DNA of 64,000 bases from a virus. The notes below the pieces were generated by a model. The model saw nothing but the letters and a program-made list of their open reading frames with translations. It ran no database searches and was not told where the DNA came from. The DNA lies in the IMG/VR virus record IMGVR_UViG_2919005990_000001, positions 1 through 64,000 of that record; one strand, given 5' to 3'. Positions 7,606 through 16,736 of the stretch are shown here, in pieces (the stretch's first letter is position 1; each line of letters starts with the position of its first letter). A program made the translations under genes and the position numbers.

Positions 7606-8362
7606 GAGTGATATTTGCTGCATCCCAGGCGGTACGGGACACAAAATTAACTTGAACTTCAAGTTGCATGCGATTGCCGGCCCTATCCATTGGCACCACC
7701 AACGGCGCCGATACGGATTGAATCAACAACGGTAAATAGCGTTTGCCGCCGTAGTACAAGGCCACATACGGCGGGACTTCAGACGGGAAAAGCGATTCCA
7801 ATGAAGCGTCTTTGGTAAACTCGGCCACAATACTGCCTTCAGCCAGGCTTTTAGGCAGGGCCCACTGCTGCAGTAAGCGGATCTGATCTTCAACCTCGAC
7901 CTTTGCACTTTCCCAGGCACCAAAATAAAGGGTCACGGGAATCGTGATGGGTGCTGAAGATACAAACACCTGGGTCGAATTGGTTTTGGTTAAGTTACTG
8001 CGTCCTTCAAGCTTATTCAGGGCTTCTTTTTTATCCCCGGACAGCTCAATACCGAACACATTGGACATGGCAGAATCCAGGGTATTTACCCAGTCCCCGG
8101 TTTGTAGCATCCCCATTAAAGTCGGCAATTTGTGCTCAGGATTGGATTGTTCAAACGGCGTGGAATACTGGCTCTCGACTGCCAATTCGGCATTAACTGC
8201 AATGCCCACAACTTGCTCGGTGCCCTGTTCGGCCCCGGTCTTGTCACATAAACGAATACGCATCTGGTACAAGTTGCTTAACTTGCCCATGTTGGATGCA
8301 TTATTAAATTTTGGTTTGGCTTGAGGCTTGTTTGCCACCACCTTAGTCGGATCAAAAGCCAT
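7589..8362 (-). CDS. structural protein with a tube-family-like C-terminal signature
   Basis: MAFDPTKV start at ATG 8360-8362 (the ORF-track start at 8380 is TTG). The C-terminal PPYVALYYGGKRYLPLLIQSVSAPLVVPMDRAGNRMQLEVQVNF resembles the tube/tube-initiator motif. The 41-bp element lies 25 nt upstream. Confidence 0.4.
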   Translation of the reverse strand: MAFDPTKVVANKPQAKPKFNNASNMGKLSNLYQMRIRLCDKTGAEQGTEQVVGIAVNAELAVESQYSTPFEQSNPEHKLPTLMGMLQTGDWVNTLDSAMSNVFGIELSGDKKEALNKLEGRSNLTKTNSTQVFVSSAPITIPVTLYFGAWESAKVEVEDQIRLLQQWALPKSLAEGSIVAEFTKDASLESLFPSEVPPYVALYYGGKRYLPLLIQSVSAPLVVPMDRAGNRMQLEVQVNFVSRTAWDAANITHVYGG

Positions 8363-8387
8363 AAAAACGCCCCATATCAATATGAGG

Positions 8388-8428
8388 CTATTTTGAGGGC
8401 TTTAAAAATACCGCTTTTTGGATATTCC
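8388..8428 (-). promoter_or_regulatory. 41-bp upstream element
   Basis: GGAATATC-CAAAAAGCGGTATTTTTAAAGCCCTC-AAAATAG, 25 nt upstream of ATG 8362. It abuts the upstream stop codon. Confidence 0.65.
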
Positions 8429-8715
8429 TATTCTGGTTCGGGCGCCTGTTCAATGGGGATCAGTTCCGGCTTGAATCCCAGGTTACGATAAAAATCGACC
8501 ATGCGGTCCAGACTGTAATGATGGCTGTTACTCCATGTATTTAATCGCTGATCCATGAACACCATATACAACCAACAATTGCGAACTGACATATCCCCCT
8601 TTTTATAGAACTGGCGAAATTCATCATTCAGGAAAAAAGCCAATTCGGCATCAACGGATCTGCCCTGGGCTTGAATCCGTGCCATCTGGCCCTTGTGATT
8701 CTTGAACTTTGCCAT
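8428..8715 (-). CDS. hypothetical protein (95 aa), moron-like unit
   Basis: ATG start. A terminator (8770-8791) and a palindrome array (8736-8762) precede it. Confidence 0.6.
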   Translation of the reverse strand: MAKFKNHKGQMARIQAQGRSVDAELAFFLNDEFRQFYKKGDMSVRNCWLYMVFMDQRLNTWSNSHHYSLDRMVDFYRNLGFKPELIPIEQAPEPE

Positions 8716-8735
8716 GCATCACCTTAAATCAACAT

Positions 8736-8762
8736 TGTTCAATTGAACATGATGTTCATTTA
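8736..8762. promoter_or_regulatory. palindrome array (1.5 units of TGTTCAWWTGAACA, 17-bp period)
   Basis: tgttcaattgaaca at 8736-8749 and the half-site tgttcattt at 8753. It lies between terminator 8770-8791 and ATG 8715. Confidence 0.55.
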
Positions 8763-8769
8763 AGCACGT

Positions 8770-8791
8770 AAAAAAAGGGCCATAAGGCCCC
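8770..8791 (-). terminator. intrinsic terminator
   Basis: The minus strand reads GGGGCCTTATGGCCCTTTTTTT. Confidence 0.65.
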
Positions 8792-8815
8792 ATTCCTGGC
8801 TTTACGTCCAGGCCC

Positions 8816-9160
8816 TCAATAATTGCGGTGAATCACTTTTGAATCATGCAAAATTTTATAAAGTAAAAATACGGCAACTGCAGCATGTACCAGGCCCAGG
8901 CTGACATTAACAAAAAACTCGATTGATTCACTCTTAAAAGTAATCATTCCCAGGCTGATTGCCTGTCTAAATAAGACAGTCATCAATGAGTAAGCGATTA
9001 AAAAGAAAAGCGGCTTAAATATTTTACTATTGGCCTGGCGCTCGAAAGTTAAGGCCAGAATGCCCACGGCTTTGTACATCAAAACCACACCTGAAAAAAC
9101 AAATAGTGATAGCAGAACGAATAAAGAAAACGGCAAAGCACCTACCCAATGCAGACTCAT
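8816..9160 (-). CDS. small membrane protein (3-4 TM)
   Basis: 114 aa and strongly hydrophobic. It follows the 57-aa ORF with a 5-nt gap, and a terminator lies downstream. Confidence 0.6.
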   Translation of the reverse strand: MSLHWVGALPFSLFVLLSLFVFSGVVLMYKAVGILALTFERQANSKIFKPLFFLIAYSLMTVLFRQAISLGMITFKSESIEFFVNVSLGLVHAAVAVFLLYKILHDSKVIHRNY

Positions 9161-9165
9161 GACTT

Positions 9166-9339
9166 TTACTCCGAACGATCTGGCTTAACAGGCTCTATTT
9201 TTTCAGCATCAGCCAGGCTGATACTCCCCGCAATATGACTAAATAGCTTGTACTCGGCAATATATGTTGCTTCTACGCAATCCTGGCCCTGATTGAAAGT
9301 CACTAGATATCGAGCGCCGTCACTTAAATCTTCTTTCAT
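9166..9339 (-). CDS. hypothetical small protein (57 aa; below the ORF-track cutoff)
   Basis: My own translation is MKEDLSDGARYLVTFNQGQDCVEATYIAEYKLFSHIAGSISLADAEKIEPVKPDRSE. An AAGGA SD lies 8 nt upstream, and the palindrome array is immediately upstream. Confidence 0.5.
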   Translation of the reverse strand: MKEDLSDGARYLVTFNQGQDCVEATYIAEYKLFSHIAGSISLADAEKIEPVKPDRSE

Positions 9340-9366
9340 TTTATAATCCTTTTAAAGTTCTATATT

Positions 9367-9409
9367 TGTTCATTTGAACATTATGTTCAAATGAACATCA
9401 TGTTCAAAT
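9367..9409. promoter_or_regulatory. palindrome array (2.5 units)
   Basis: Units start at 9367, 9384 and 9401. On the minus strand TTGAAC-N16-CATAAT gives a sigma70-like arrangement upstream of ORF 9166-9339. Confidence 0.6.
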
Positions 9410-9464
9410 ATTACATGAATTTCATTTCATGTGTAAGTATTTTCTGCATAAAGCCTGGGGCAGT

Positions 9465-9487
9465 AAAAAGCCCGCATGGCGCGGGCT
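9465..9487 (-). terminator. intrinsic terminator
   Basis: The minus strand reads AGCCCGCGCCATGCGGGCTTTTT. Confidence 0.65.
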
Positions 9488-9500
9488 TCTCAACTGGATC

Positions 9501-9941
9501 TTACAGGGCTTTCAGACGGTTTTCATATTCATACAGATTAATGAAATACTGTTCATCCTCATTCAAACACCATTCGCCGGTATTCTTCAGCACGGTTTGC
9601 TTATGCATCTGGCTGTACTGATCGGCGGCAAGCAAAGTGGCTAAATCATCACCTGGGACGCTATAGGCTTCGACCACGTTCACCGGGTACTGTGTGCGGG
9701 CTAAAAAATCCTCTTCAGTTTCCCCGCCATGCAAGGCAATTACACGTTCTACCGCCGGCAAATAAACACCATAGCTTAACCAGGCATCTATGCCCTGTTT
9801 TGCTTGCATTTGCGCGTTAATGTGCATGTTCTTGATCACTGCTGCTACGGGGTCAGTTTCGCCATTCTGCTCCAATACGGCGCGTACATGCGCCATAAGT
9901 GGGGCTAGTTGCTCTGCATCTGGCACAAGCTTGGTTATCAT
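9501..9941 (-). CDS. hypothetical protein (146 aa)
   Basis: ATG start 5 nt after the stop of the 2130-aa gene. A terminator lies downstream at 9465-9487. Confidence 0.65.
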   Translation of the reverse strand: MITKLVPDAEQLAPLMAHVRAVLEQNGETDPVAAVIKNMHINAQMQAKQGIDAWLSYGVYLPAVERVIALHGGETEEDFLARTQYPVNVVEAYSVPGDDLATLLAADQYSQMHKQTVLKNTGEWCLNEDEQYFINLYEYENRLKAL

Positions 9942-9946
9942 TGTTC

Positions 9947-12900
9947 TTATTCCTCGTAAAATTCAGTTTCAGACATATTAAACCAGTCTTGTTTCAGCAT
10001 CCATAGCATCACTTCCGGTTCCACGATCCAACGGGTTCCGCGTGAATCCCAGGCGCATTTCTTGCCGATACTTTCCGCGTACTTTTTCATGTCATCTTTG
10101 TAAGTGTCCTTAAACTCACGGCCAAATGACCCCAAGCCCAGGAATGCCACGCCGGTGACTTTGATGTTTTTGAATCGGCCCATGCCACCATGCACTTTAG
10201 TATATTTTTTCACTAAAGCTTCAGGACTATCGGCATCCAGGGCAAAGTTTTTCATAATGCTGACAAAGTTACCCAGGCCGCGGGTTTTGGCCTTGAATGG
10301 TTCCACACTTGTGACCTGGTGCCCAATAGCAGACGTCAAAATAAATTCCAGGACTTGTTCGCGTAGGTCATCACTCAAAATGGTGTCATAGCTAAATGGC
10401 AGTACCAGGGAACCGCCGATCACTTTGCCAAACTCCCCATTGATCCGGTTTCTAAATTCATCTTCAAAGGCTTCGACATAACGCACGTCTACCCCATCAA
10501 AGTTGATCTTCAGCTTTTCGGTTTGAGCAAAGTAAAATACGTCATCGAGCACGTCCATCATGGTTGTTCTGGCGTACTGCATCTTGTCCATATTGCGGTT
10601 ATCGATCTCGGCCACCGTGTTTAAGATGCTTTCTTTCTCAACACTCAGCACGATTCCATCAAATACGGCGTTATAGGCTTTGACTAGATCCGGGTTATTG
10701 GCTGCCAGGCTTTCAAAGAAATTCGGCGCCCAGTAAAAGCGTTTTGTGTCTTTGTGGCGGATCTCAGTAATACGCACCCGGGTTTTACCACTCAGCCAGT
10801 TTTCCTGTACCCCTTTTAACTTGGATTCTACCGCCTCGCGTACTTCAGGGAATACCGAACTAAAGCGGGCAATATCACGGTAATCAGACGTTGATAACAA
10901 GCCATAATCAAAGACTTTCGCGCTTTCCATGCGTTCCAGTTCAAAGTCTGCAAAAGCTTGAATAGCAGCTGCTCGTTCATTCGGTTGAATGAACTCAAGA
11001 TTGCCGACTGACGAATTAAAGGAATTGGCGTATTGATAGAAAATACTGCCATTATTCACAGACACAATGCCGTAAAACATGGCGCCTTTTTCTGGATTGC
11101 TTGTCTTGACAATATCGCCATTACGCGCCAATTTCTGATTTTTAATGACGGCGGTGCCATCAAATAACATGGCCCGATCATTGGCTGAATATGGACTGTC
11201 TTCATATTTAAGCAGCTGCTCTTTGGTGCTGACTGCCATGCGCTGAATAGACTTGTACTGTTCTTTGGCACGGCCATGAATTACGCCCTTATTTTCAGCC
11301 AGAACATTTTCTACCAGGTCACTTGATTTAAAGCCTTCGCCAAATGCATAAGATGAAAAAGAGCCGACATAACTGATTTCACCGCCACGGGGTTCGGCAA
11401 AGCGGCTTAGTGCACGGTCCCAGTTTTCAGCCGTGTTATTTGGAATATAGCCATCATACTGCTGCACAATTGCGGCCTTACGCTGCTGTAGATCTTCCAG
11501 GGTTTCGGCTTTTTTGGTTTTGCCTTCAGTCTTCAACAAAGCAACATACTTGGTGAAATCACTCACAATAATTTCTTCAGTGATCGCCGTTTCAGATTTC
11601 GCGGCCTTCTCTGCTGATCGTTGTGCAATGGTCAAAAGCATGTCTGTTTGCTTGGTTGCACGGTCTAAACGGGCCTGGTTCTCGCGCTCGGTACGTTGCT
11701 GTAACAGCTGCTCAATGGCTTCTTGACTGTCCGCCTGGATCAATGAATCTAAATCATCATCTGACAGTTCACCTGTCACCGTCAAAGTACCGCCGGCACT
11801 GCTGTCCTTGTTCATCAGCTTGGTAATCCAGTCTGACTTGCCGTTAATGATGCTTAGCTTGTATTCATCAAATGAACCGTTGGCGTTGTACATGTACACA
11901 CGCACTTTGGCCTGTTGGTTGCCCTGACGTACACCACGGCCATTACGCTGCTGCAAGCTGTCTGGCGTCCATCCTGTCGTTAAATGGTGAATGGCCTGGG
12001 TGCCACGTTGCAAGTCGATCCCGGTGTCTGCCTTTTTGTTGGCAATGACTACGGTGTACTTGTCCGATGCAAAGCCGTCCTGGATATCCTGGACGTCATC
12101 TGTCCCGACCTTGCCTGAAGAGCCATCTGGCTTGATTGCTGCGTTTAAGATCGCAATTTTTGAGGCATCAATGCCGCAATACTGGATCAAAGCCTGTTTA
12201 ATCGTATGGTGCATCGCCAGGGTGTCACAGAAAATGATTTGCTTGGCATGGCCGTTATGCATTGGATTGGTTTGTTCAATCTTAAAGTTTTCAATCATCG
12301 CCTGAAGTTTGGCAGATAATTTAGGCTTTAGATCCAGGCCGAACTTGGCCGCAATTTCAAATAAAATAGCAATGGCTTTGGTATCGTTCGCCGTCAAAAA
12401 TAAACGGTTCTGATCTTCATCCACATAGGCCCGTACAGTGATTTCATATTCATCCGCATCACCAAAGCTTTTCCCGCGGTTTTTGATTTTGATATCCGCC
12501 TCTTCGACCAACGGATAAGTACGCTTGGTTGTAAATTTAGGCGGCTTTTTGTTGAAGGCTTCAACGACCTGTTGGGTCAAAGTATCGTCTTTAGGTGAAA
12601 TATAATCGATGTAGTAACCACGCTCCATAACGGCGCTTTCACCCATCAAAATCAAGTCCTGCATCTTCATGATCAAGTTGAATGGATGGGCAATCAGTTC
12701 AACCGGTTCCCCTAGTTTTTCGCACATGTCCTCTAAAAACTTCACATCGTCTGCATCGCCCTGGACTGAACCTCTACTGGCTGCCTGACGGGCCAGGCCA
12801 TAAGCGCGTTTAAGATCGGTCAAAGTGGCACGGTCTGCCGGTGATAAATCAATATTGGTTTTGACTGGCACCGCTTCAGGGATTTTTAAATCATTTTCCG

Positions 12901-15900
12901 CTGCAGTCTGGATATTGCCGATACTGTGCAAGGCATTTTTCAGCAAGGCCACGTTCTTAAAGCCGGTAAAGGTTTCATCCGAACGCAAGCCGCCGGTGAT
13001 ATCCATGCCTTCGATGGACTCGGTATTGGCAAAGGTACTCAAGAAATCGTCTACGGTTTCAATCGATGCACCGCCCAGGATATTCTTAGCCTTATCCTCA
13101 CCTACGGCCAAAGACAGCATGGTTAGGATCTCAGACGGGCTATTGGTGATTGGGGTCGCACTTAGCAGTACTACGCCATCGCCTAGATCATTGGTTTTTC
13201 GTACATAGTCTGATTTTACTTTGGCTGAAATCGCACGTTTAGACAGCTGCTTTTCGGCCAATAAAGACAAGCCCCGGATGGTATTAAAGTTACCGGTTCC
13301 TTCACTGGCATCGCCGTTTTTAAACATTTGTGCTTCATCAAACACAATCGAATCAATGCCCAGGTCCTCAAAGTAAGGCAAGCGGCCTTTTTCACTGCCC
13401 TGTAGATCTGCAATCTTGTCGGCCATGAAAGCCTTATAAGCCTGGTTGTCCTTGTCCTTGCTGCGGTCATACTTCGATAATTTACGCTCGTAATATTTTT
13501 CAATGGTCGAATCTTTTAGCGGCAACATGGTAAAGGCATCACTGGTCATTACAATCATGCGCCAGGCTTTTGACTGGATCAGCAAGTTAAGATCCGCGCC
13601 GTAATGGCTACTATTGACTGCCTCCAATGTATTGCCTTTTGAACCAATTACCAGAACATCACTTGAGTCTGATTTGGTCATGGTAATGTCACGATACCAT
13701 TTAGAAATCGTATGCGATGGCACCACAAATACGGTTCTTTTCTTGATCCCGATATTGTGTAGGTTGATCGCTGCTGCAATCGCGGTCATGGTTTTACCCA
13801 AGCCCACGTCAAATCCGGTAATCCCTTCAAAACGGCGCGACAATCGGCGGATCTCGGCATTCTGGTAGGTCTGTAATGATTTGAACCCTTCAAATTTTGG
13901 CGCAAAGCCGGCAATTTCAATTGGGGATTCATCCAGTTCTGTGACCATTTCCTTGTTCATTGGATCATTTAATTTTTGATCCAGTTCGGCCATAAACGCT
14001 TCATTGGCATTCAGGTATGAACCAAAAGTCGCATCAATTTCCTTGCAGTACTTCAAAAAGGCATTCATCACCACATCATGATCTTGGCGATTCACGGTTT
14101 TTGCTACACCCAACGATAAACGCTGATTGTTATTGATCGATACCAACAAGCGGTTTAAGAAATAGATGCGCAATTCATCACTACGATAGCCATTATTTTG
14201 ATAACGCAATGCATCCTCAAAAGGAATCACTTTCGCCAGGACTTCGACCTTGCCTTCGGTATTGATAAAGACTTCATTACCGCCGTACATGCTTAAAAAT
14301 TCAGTTTTGATTTTTAAATCGATGTTGGTAGCACGTAGGCTCAGGCTCAGTGAACTCGCATCCACAAAATTAACGTAGCTTTGGCCCTTCTCGCGCTGTG
14401 CAAGCAGCTTTGCCCGTACTTTCGGATCTGTCGCGGCTTCGATTTCAGCGTCAATACGCTTTAAAAATTCGCCATAGTTGCCGGCGTAGTAATCACGGTT
14501 TAACGATACCTTTGTACCATCAGCATTGATTGCATAATCTGGATTGGTTAATGGGTCGAAATCTGGATCTGAAGCCCGGATATCATTCACGTCCACCATG
14601 AAGTTATCGGCACGTCCTGCATATACGGCGTTTTCATACGCGGATTTGGCATCCAGGCTTACTGCCAGGTCTACCGCGGTGCCATACCAATAGGCAGATA
14701 AATCAGCCCCATCAAATGCCTTTGCGTTAAAAGTGAGCATGGTTCGCAAAGCACTGGACTTGTATTTTTTGGCCTTCACATCGGCGGCAATGCCCTGCAT
14801 GGCACTGCTTAACTGGCTATAACGCTCTGCATATTTGCCGTTAATCTCGGTCTGTAACGCCTGGTATAAAGCAAACTGTACTAACCAGTAGCCATAGCTG
14901 TCTGCATTCTTTTTCACAGCGTCCAGTAAACTTGCGGCCCAGGTTTCAACCTTTTGCCCGGATGCGATGCAATACGCCTGATACTGCTGCAAATCGCTTA
15001 GGGTCATGCCGGTATGGAATGCCATCAAAGCATCGCCAAAATTATCGGCATGATTAAAAGCTGCATCCTGTTTAATCGCATGCCACTGCCCCGCTTTATA
15101 TTCAAATGTGGTGCCACCCATCACGCGAATATCACCATCGTTTAAGCCTGGTACGTCCTGCATTTCTGCCAGGTCGAGCATGGCTAAATCAATACGGCTG
15201 TCTGGAAAACGGCGAATCATTTTGATGATATTGGGCAAGCTTTCATCACTGATCACAGCTTCAATTTCACGGGCTTTATTGCGCCAGTCTGGCACCTGTA
15301 CCGATTGGCCCAGGACGTTCTTAATGCCTTCGGTTTTGAAGTACTTGCCGGCAATAATGTCAGCATCCAGAACACGGGATTCCTGCAATAATTTGATCTG
15401 GCCGTTTTGATAGAGATTTTCTAGTTTTTCGGTCAATTCCTGGCTGTGCTTGCGGTACACAATGATATCGGTGACAACATCGGCGCCGGTCGGGTGAAAT
15501 ACTTTGTTTGGCAAACGATATGCCCCGACCATTTCAGCTTTCAGTGAAATCTGTTGGCGGAATTTACGACTCGAAGCACCCGTCATTAACTTGGTACTGG
15601 CAAGGAATACGCCCAATTTGCCATATTTCAATTTATCAATCGAACGCTTAACGAAATAGCTGTCTAAGTCATCGTCTGCGTAAATATCCAGGCGCGGATT
15701 ATCGCCACGGTCTTTACGGGAACCAAAGGGCACGTTAGTAATGACAGCATCATAACTATTGTCTTCAGTTCGGGCCGCTACGGCCTCAAACGGGCTCACA
15801 ATCACATTATGGTTATTCTGGTCATTCACTTTGGCATTAATAGATCCAGATACGCCGTCCAGTTCTACGCTTTGCATCACCACATTGGCCGGGCGTCCTG

Positions 15901-16339
15901 CTGCAAAAATACCGGTTCCCGCGCATGGATCTAAAACGGCGCCGCCCTCAAAGCCTAGATCTTGCATCAAGGCCCACATCGCGTCCGCCAGGGGTAACGG
16001 CGTGTAGTACTCGTACTGACTCCCCTTCACACCTTCGACTTCCAGGTTTCCGCCCTTGCCCGTGTAGCGTGACAAAATCAGCTTTTCATCTTCAGTGGCT
16101 TTACGGCTTGGATCAGCGTCTAATTCACGCAATAATTCAACGGCGGCATTATTGGCCTTTTGACGGATGGCCGGGGTGATTTTAGTGTCATGGAACTGAA
16201 ACGCCCCGCTTGGCATATCTGAGGGTGATAACTTGCTTTTAAGGGTGTCTATCGCACTTAAAAAAATGCTTAGTCCCCGTTTGGCCGTTTGATTCACTGG
16301 CATAGCCATTTTCTCTATTGATAAAAGGTACACCGCCAT
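9947..16339 (-). CDS. giant N6-adenine-type methyltransferase / SNF2-DEAD-like helicase fusion (P1 DarB-like)
   Basis: Methyltransferase motif I VLDPCAGTGIFAAG and motif IV ITNVPFG lie at aa 135-206. Helicase motifs are GFDVGLGKTMTAIA (I), FDEAQMFKN (II), LLSATPITNS (III) and QQRNGRGVRQGN (VI), spanning nt about 11900-13830. The start could also be ATG 16301-16303. Confidence 0.8.
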   Translation of the reverse strand: MAVYLLSIEKMAMPVNQTAKRGLSIFLSAIDTLKSKLSPSDMPSGAFQFHDTKITPAIRQKANNAAVELLRELDADPSRKATEDEKLILSRYTGKGGNLEVEGVKGSQYEYYTPLPLADAMWALMQDLGFEGGAVLDPCAGTGIFAAGRPANVVMQSVELDGVSGSINAKVNDQNNHNVIVSPFEAVAARTEDNSYDAVITNVPFGSRKDRGDNPRLDIYADDDLDSYFVKRSIDKLKYGKLGVFLASTKLMTGASSRKFRQQISLKAEMVGAYRLPNKVFHPTGADVVTDIIVYRKHSQELTEKLENLYQNGQIKLLQESRVLDADIIAGKYFKTEGIKNVLGQSVQVPDWRNKAREIEAVISDESLPNIIKMIRRFPDSRIDLAMLDLAEMQDVPGLNDGDIRVMGGTTFEYKAGQWHAIKQDAAFNHADNFGDALMAFHTGMTLSDLQQYQAYCIASGQKVETWAASLLDAVKKNADSYGYWLVQFALYQALQTEINGKYAERYSQLSSAMQGIAADVKAKKYKSSALRTMLTFNAKAFDGADLSAYWYGTAVDLAVSLDAKSAYENAVYAGRADNFMVDVNDIRASDPDFDPLTNPDYAINADGTKVSLNRDYYAGNYGEFLKRIDAEIEAATDPKVRAKLLAQREKGQSYVNFVDASSLSLSLRATNIDLKIKTEFLSMYGGNEVFINTEGKVEVLAKVIPFEDALRYQNNGYRSDELRIYFLNRLLVSINNNQRLSLGVAKTVNRQDHDVVMNAFLKYCKEIDATFGSYLNANEAFMAELDQKLNDPMNKEMVTELDESPIEIAGFAPKFEGFKSLQTYQNAEIRRLSRRFEGITGFDVGLGKTMTAIAAAINLHNIGIKKRTVFVVPSHTISKWYRDITMTKSDSSDVLVIGSKGNTLEAVNSSHYGADLNLLIQSKAWRMIVMTSDAFTMLPLKDSTIEKYYERKLSKYDRSKDKDNQAYKAFMADKIADLQGSEKGRLPYFEDLGIDSIVFDEAQMFKNGDASEGTGNFNTIRGLSLLAEKQLSKRAISAKVKSDYVRKTNDLGDGVVLLSATPITNSPSEILTMLSLAVGEDKAKNILGGASIETVDDFLSTFANTESIEGMDITGGLRSDETFTGFKNVALLKNALHSIGNIQTAAENDLKIPEAVPVKTNIDLSPADRATLTDLKRAYGLARQAASRGSVQGDADDVKFLEDMCEKLGEPVELIAHPFNLIMKMQDLILMGESAVMERGYYIDYISPKDDTLTQQVVEAFNKKPPKFTTKRTYPLVEEADIKIKNRGKSFGDADEYEITVRAYVDEDQNRLFLTANDTKAIAILFEIAAKFGLDLKPKLSAKLQAMIENFKIEQTNPMHNGHAKQIIFCDTLAMHHTIKQALIQYCGIDASKIAILNAAIKPDGSSGKVGTDDVQDIQDGFASDKYTVVIANKKADTGIDLQRGTQAIHHLTTGWTPDSLQQRNGRGVRQGNQQAKVRVYMYNANGSFDEYKLSIINGKSDWITKLMNKDSSAGGTLTVTGELSDDDLDSLIQADSQEAIEQLLQQRTERENQARLDRATKQTDMLLTIAQRSAEKAAKSETAITEEIIVSDFTKYVALLKTEGKTKKAETLEDLQQRKAAIVQQYDGYIPNNTAENWDRALSRFAEPRGGEISYVGSFSSYAFGEGFKSSDLVENVLAENKGVIHGRAKEQYKSIQRMAVSTKEQLLKYEDSPYSANDRAMLFDGTAVIKNQKLARNGDIVKTSNPEKGAMFYGIVSVNNGSIFYQYANSFNSSVGNLEFIQPNERAAAIQAFADFELERMESAKVFDYGLLSTSDYRDIARFSSVFPEVREAVESKLKGVQENWLSGKTRVRITEIRHKDTKRFYWAPNFFESLAANNPDLVKAYNAVFDGIVLSVEKESILNTVAEIDNRNMDKMQYARTTMMDVLDDVFYFAQTEKLKINFDGVDVRYVEAFEDEFRNRINGEFGKVIGGSLVLPFSYDTILSDDLREQVLEFILTSAIGHQVTSVEPFKAKTRGLGNFVSIMKNFALDADSPEALVKKYTKVHGGMGRFKNIKVTGVAFLGLGSFGREFKDTYKDDMKKYAESIGKKCAWDSRGTRWIVEPEVMLWMLKQDWFNMSETEFYEE

Positions 16340-16359
16340 TTTAGATAAGTGAAATTGGC

Positions 16360-16376
16360 CTATTTTTGAGTATTCC
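16360..16376 (-). promoter_or_regulatory. short variant of the upstream element (no 26-nt spacer)
   Basis: GGAATACTCAAAAATAG, 20 nt upstream of ATG 16339. It follows terminator 16384-16406. Confidence 0.4.
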
Positions 16377-16383
16377 AGGTATT

Positions 16384-16406
16384 AAAAAACCCGCTTTCGC
16401 GGGTTC
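16384..16406 (-). terminator. intrinsic terminator after the HicB-like gene
   Basis: The minus strand reads AACCCGCGAAAGCGGGTTTTTT. Confidence 0.65.
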
Positions 16407-16411
16407 ATTTT

Positions 16412-16648
16412 TTATTCATTAAATAAGTAAAATGGCAAGGATAGCATCACTTCACCATCCTGGAGTTCTGAGGGTTTAGGAATCGGTTTACAGTCATCCC
16501 GGTAAATAATCAATGCAGTTTCAAAGGCATCTAAGGCTTCAGACAGCGCCGCATCATAATTATCAGCAATAGCGTTTAACTCAGGGATATCACGTGAACT
16601 CACTAGATATTCATTATTAGTTTTTTTAATTAGAATTGGGTATTCCAT
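16412..16648 (-). CDS. HicB-like (UPF0150) antitoxin-fold protein with no DNA-binding domain and no HicA partner
   Basis: MEYPILIKKTNNEYLVSSRDIPELNAIADNYDAALSEALDAFETALIIYRDDCKPIPKPSE fits the HicB N-domain pattern. It has an AAGGA SD and terminators on both sides. Confidence 0.5.
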   Translation of the reverse strand: MEYPILIKKTNNEYLVSSRDIPELNAIADNYDAALSEALDAFETALIIYRDDCKPIPKPSELQDGEVMLSLPFYLFNE

Positions 16649-16693
16649 AGCATATCCTTTCTAATGTGTAGGTTAGCTTAAATGAATTTTACC

Positions 16694-16722
16694 CAAAATA
16701 AAGCCCGCATGACGCGGGCTTT
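16694..16722 (-). terminator. intrinsic terminator after the PPase-ParB gene
   Basis: The minus strand reads AAGCCCGCGTCATGCGGGCTTTATTTT. Confidence 0.6.
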
Positions 16723-16736
16723 ACTAAAAAGGTGAA

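Noticed and set aside
9367-9409. The short regularly spaced repeats considered as a CRISPR array.
   Set aside because: The units abut with a 17-bp period and have no unique spacers. The arrays are only 1.5-4 units long and are scattered at gene starts. No cas genes are present.
10828-11277. Same-strand alternative-frame ORFs nested in larger genes. Examples are 1064-1252, 5202-5411, 7723-7923, 10828-11277, 13216-13503, 25680-25862, 29026-29259, 31554-31745, 39378-39596, 42465-42725, 43007-43231, 43488-43739, 44537-44755, 45242-45505, 49835-50152, 50362-50556, 51311-51550, 58179-58394 and 62603-62785.
   Set aside because: They have no SD, their compositions are odd (Arg/Cys/Trp-rich), and they are fully contained in better ORFs. 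Only the nested ORF 46270-46506 was kept, because it has a lipobox and fits the Rz1 paradigm.
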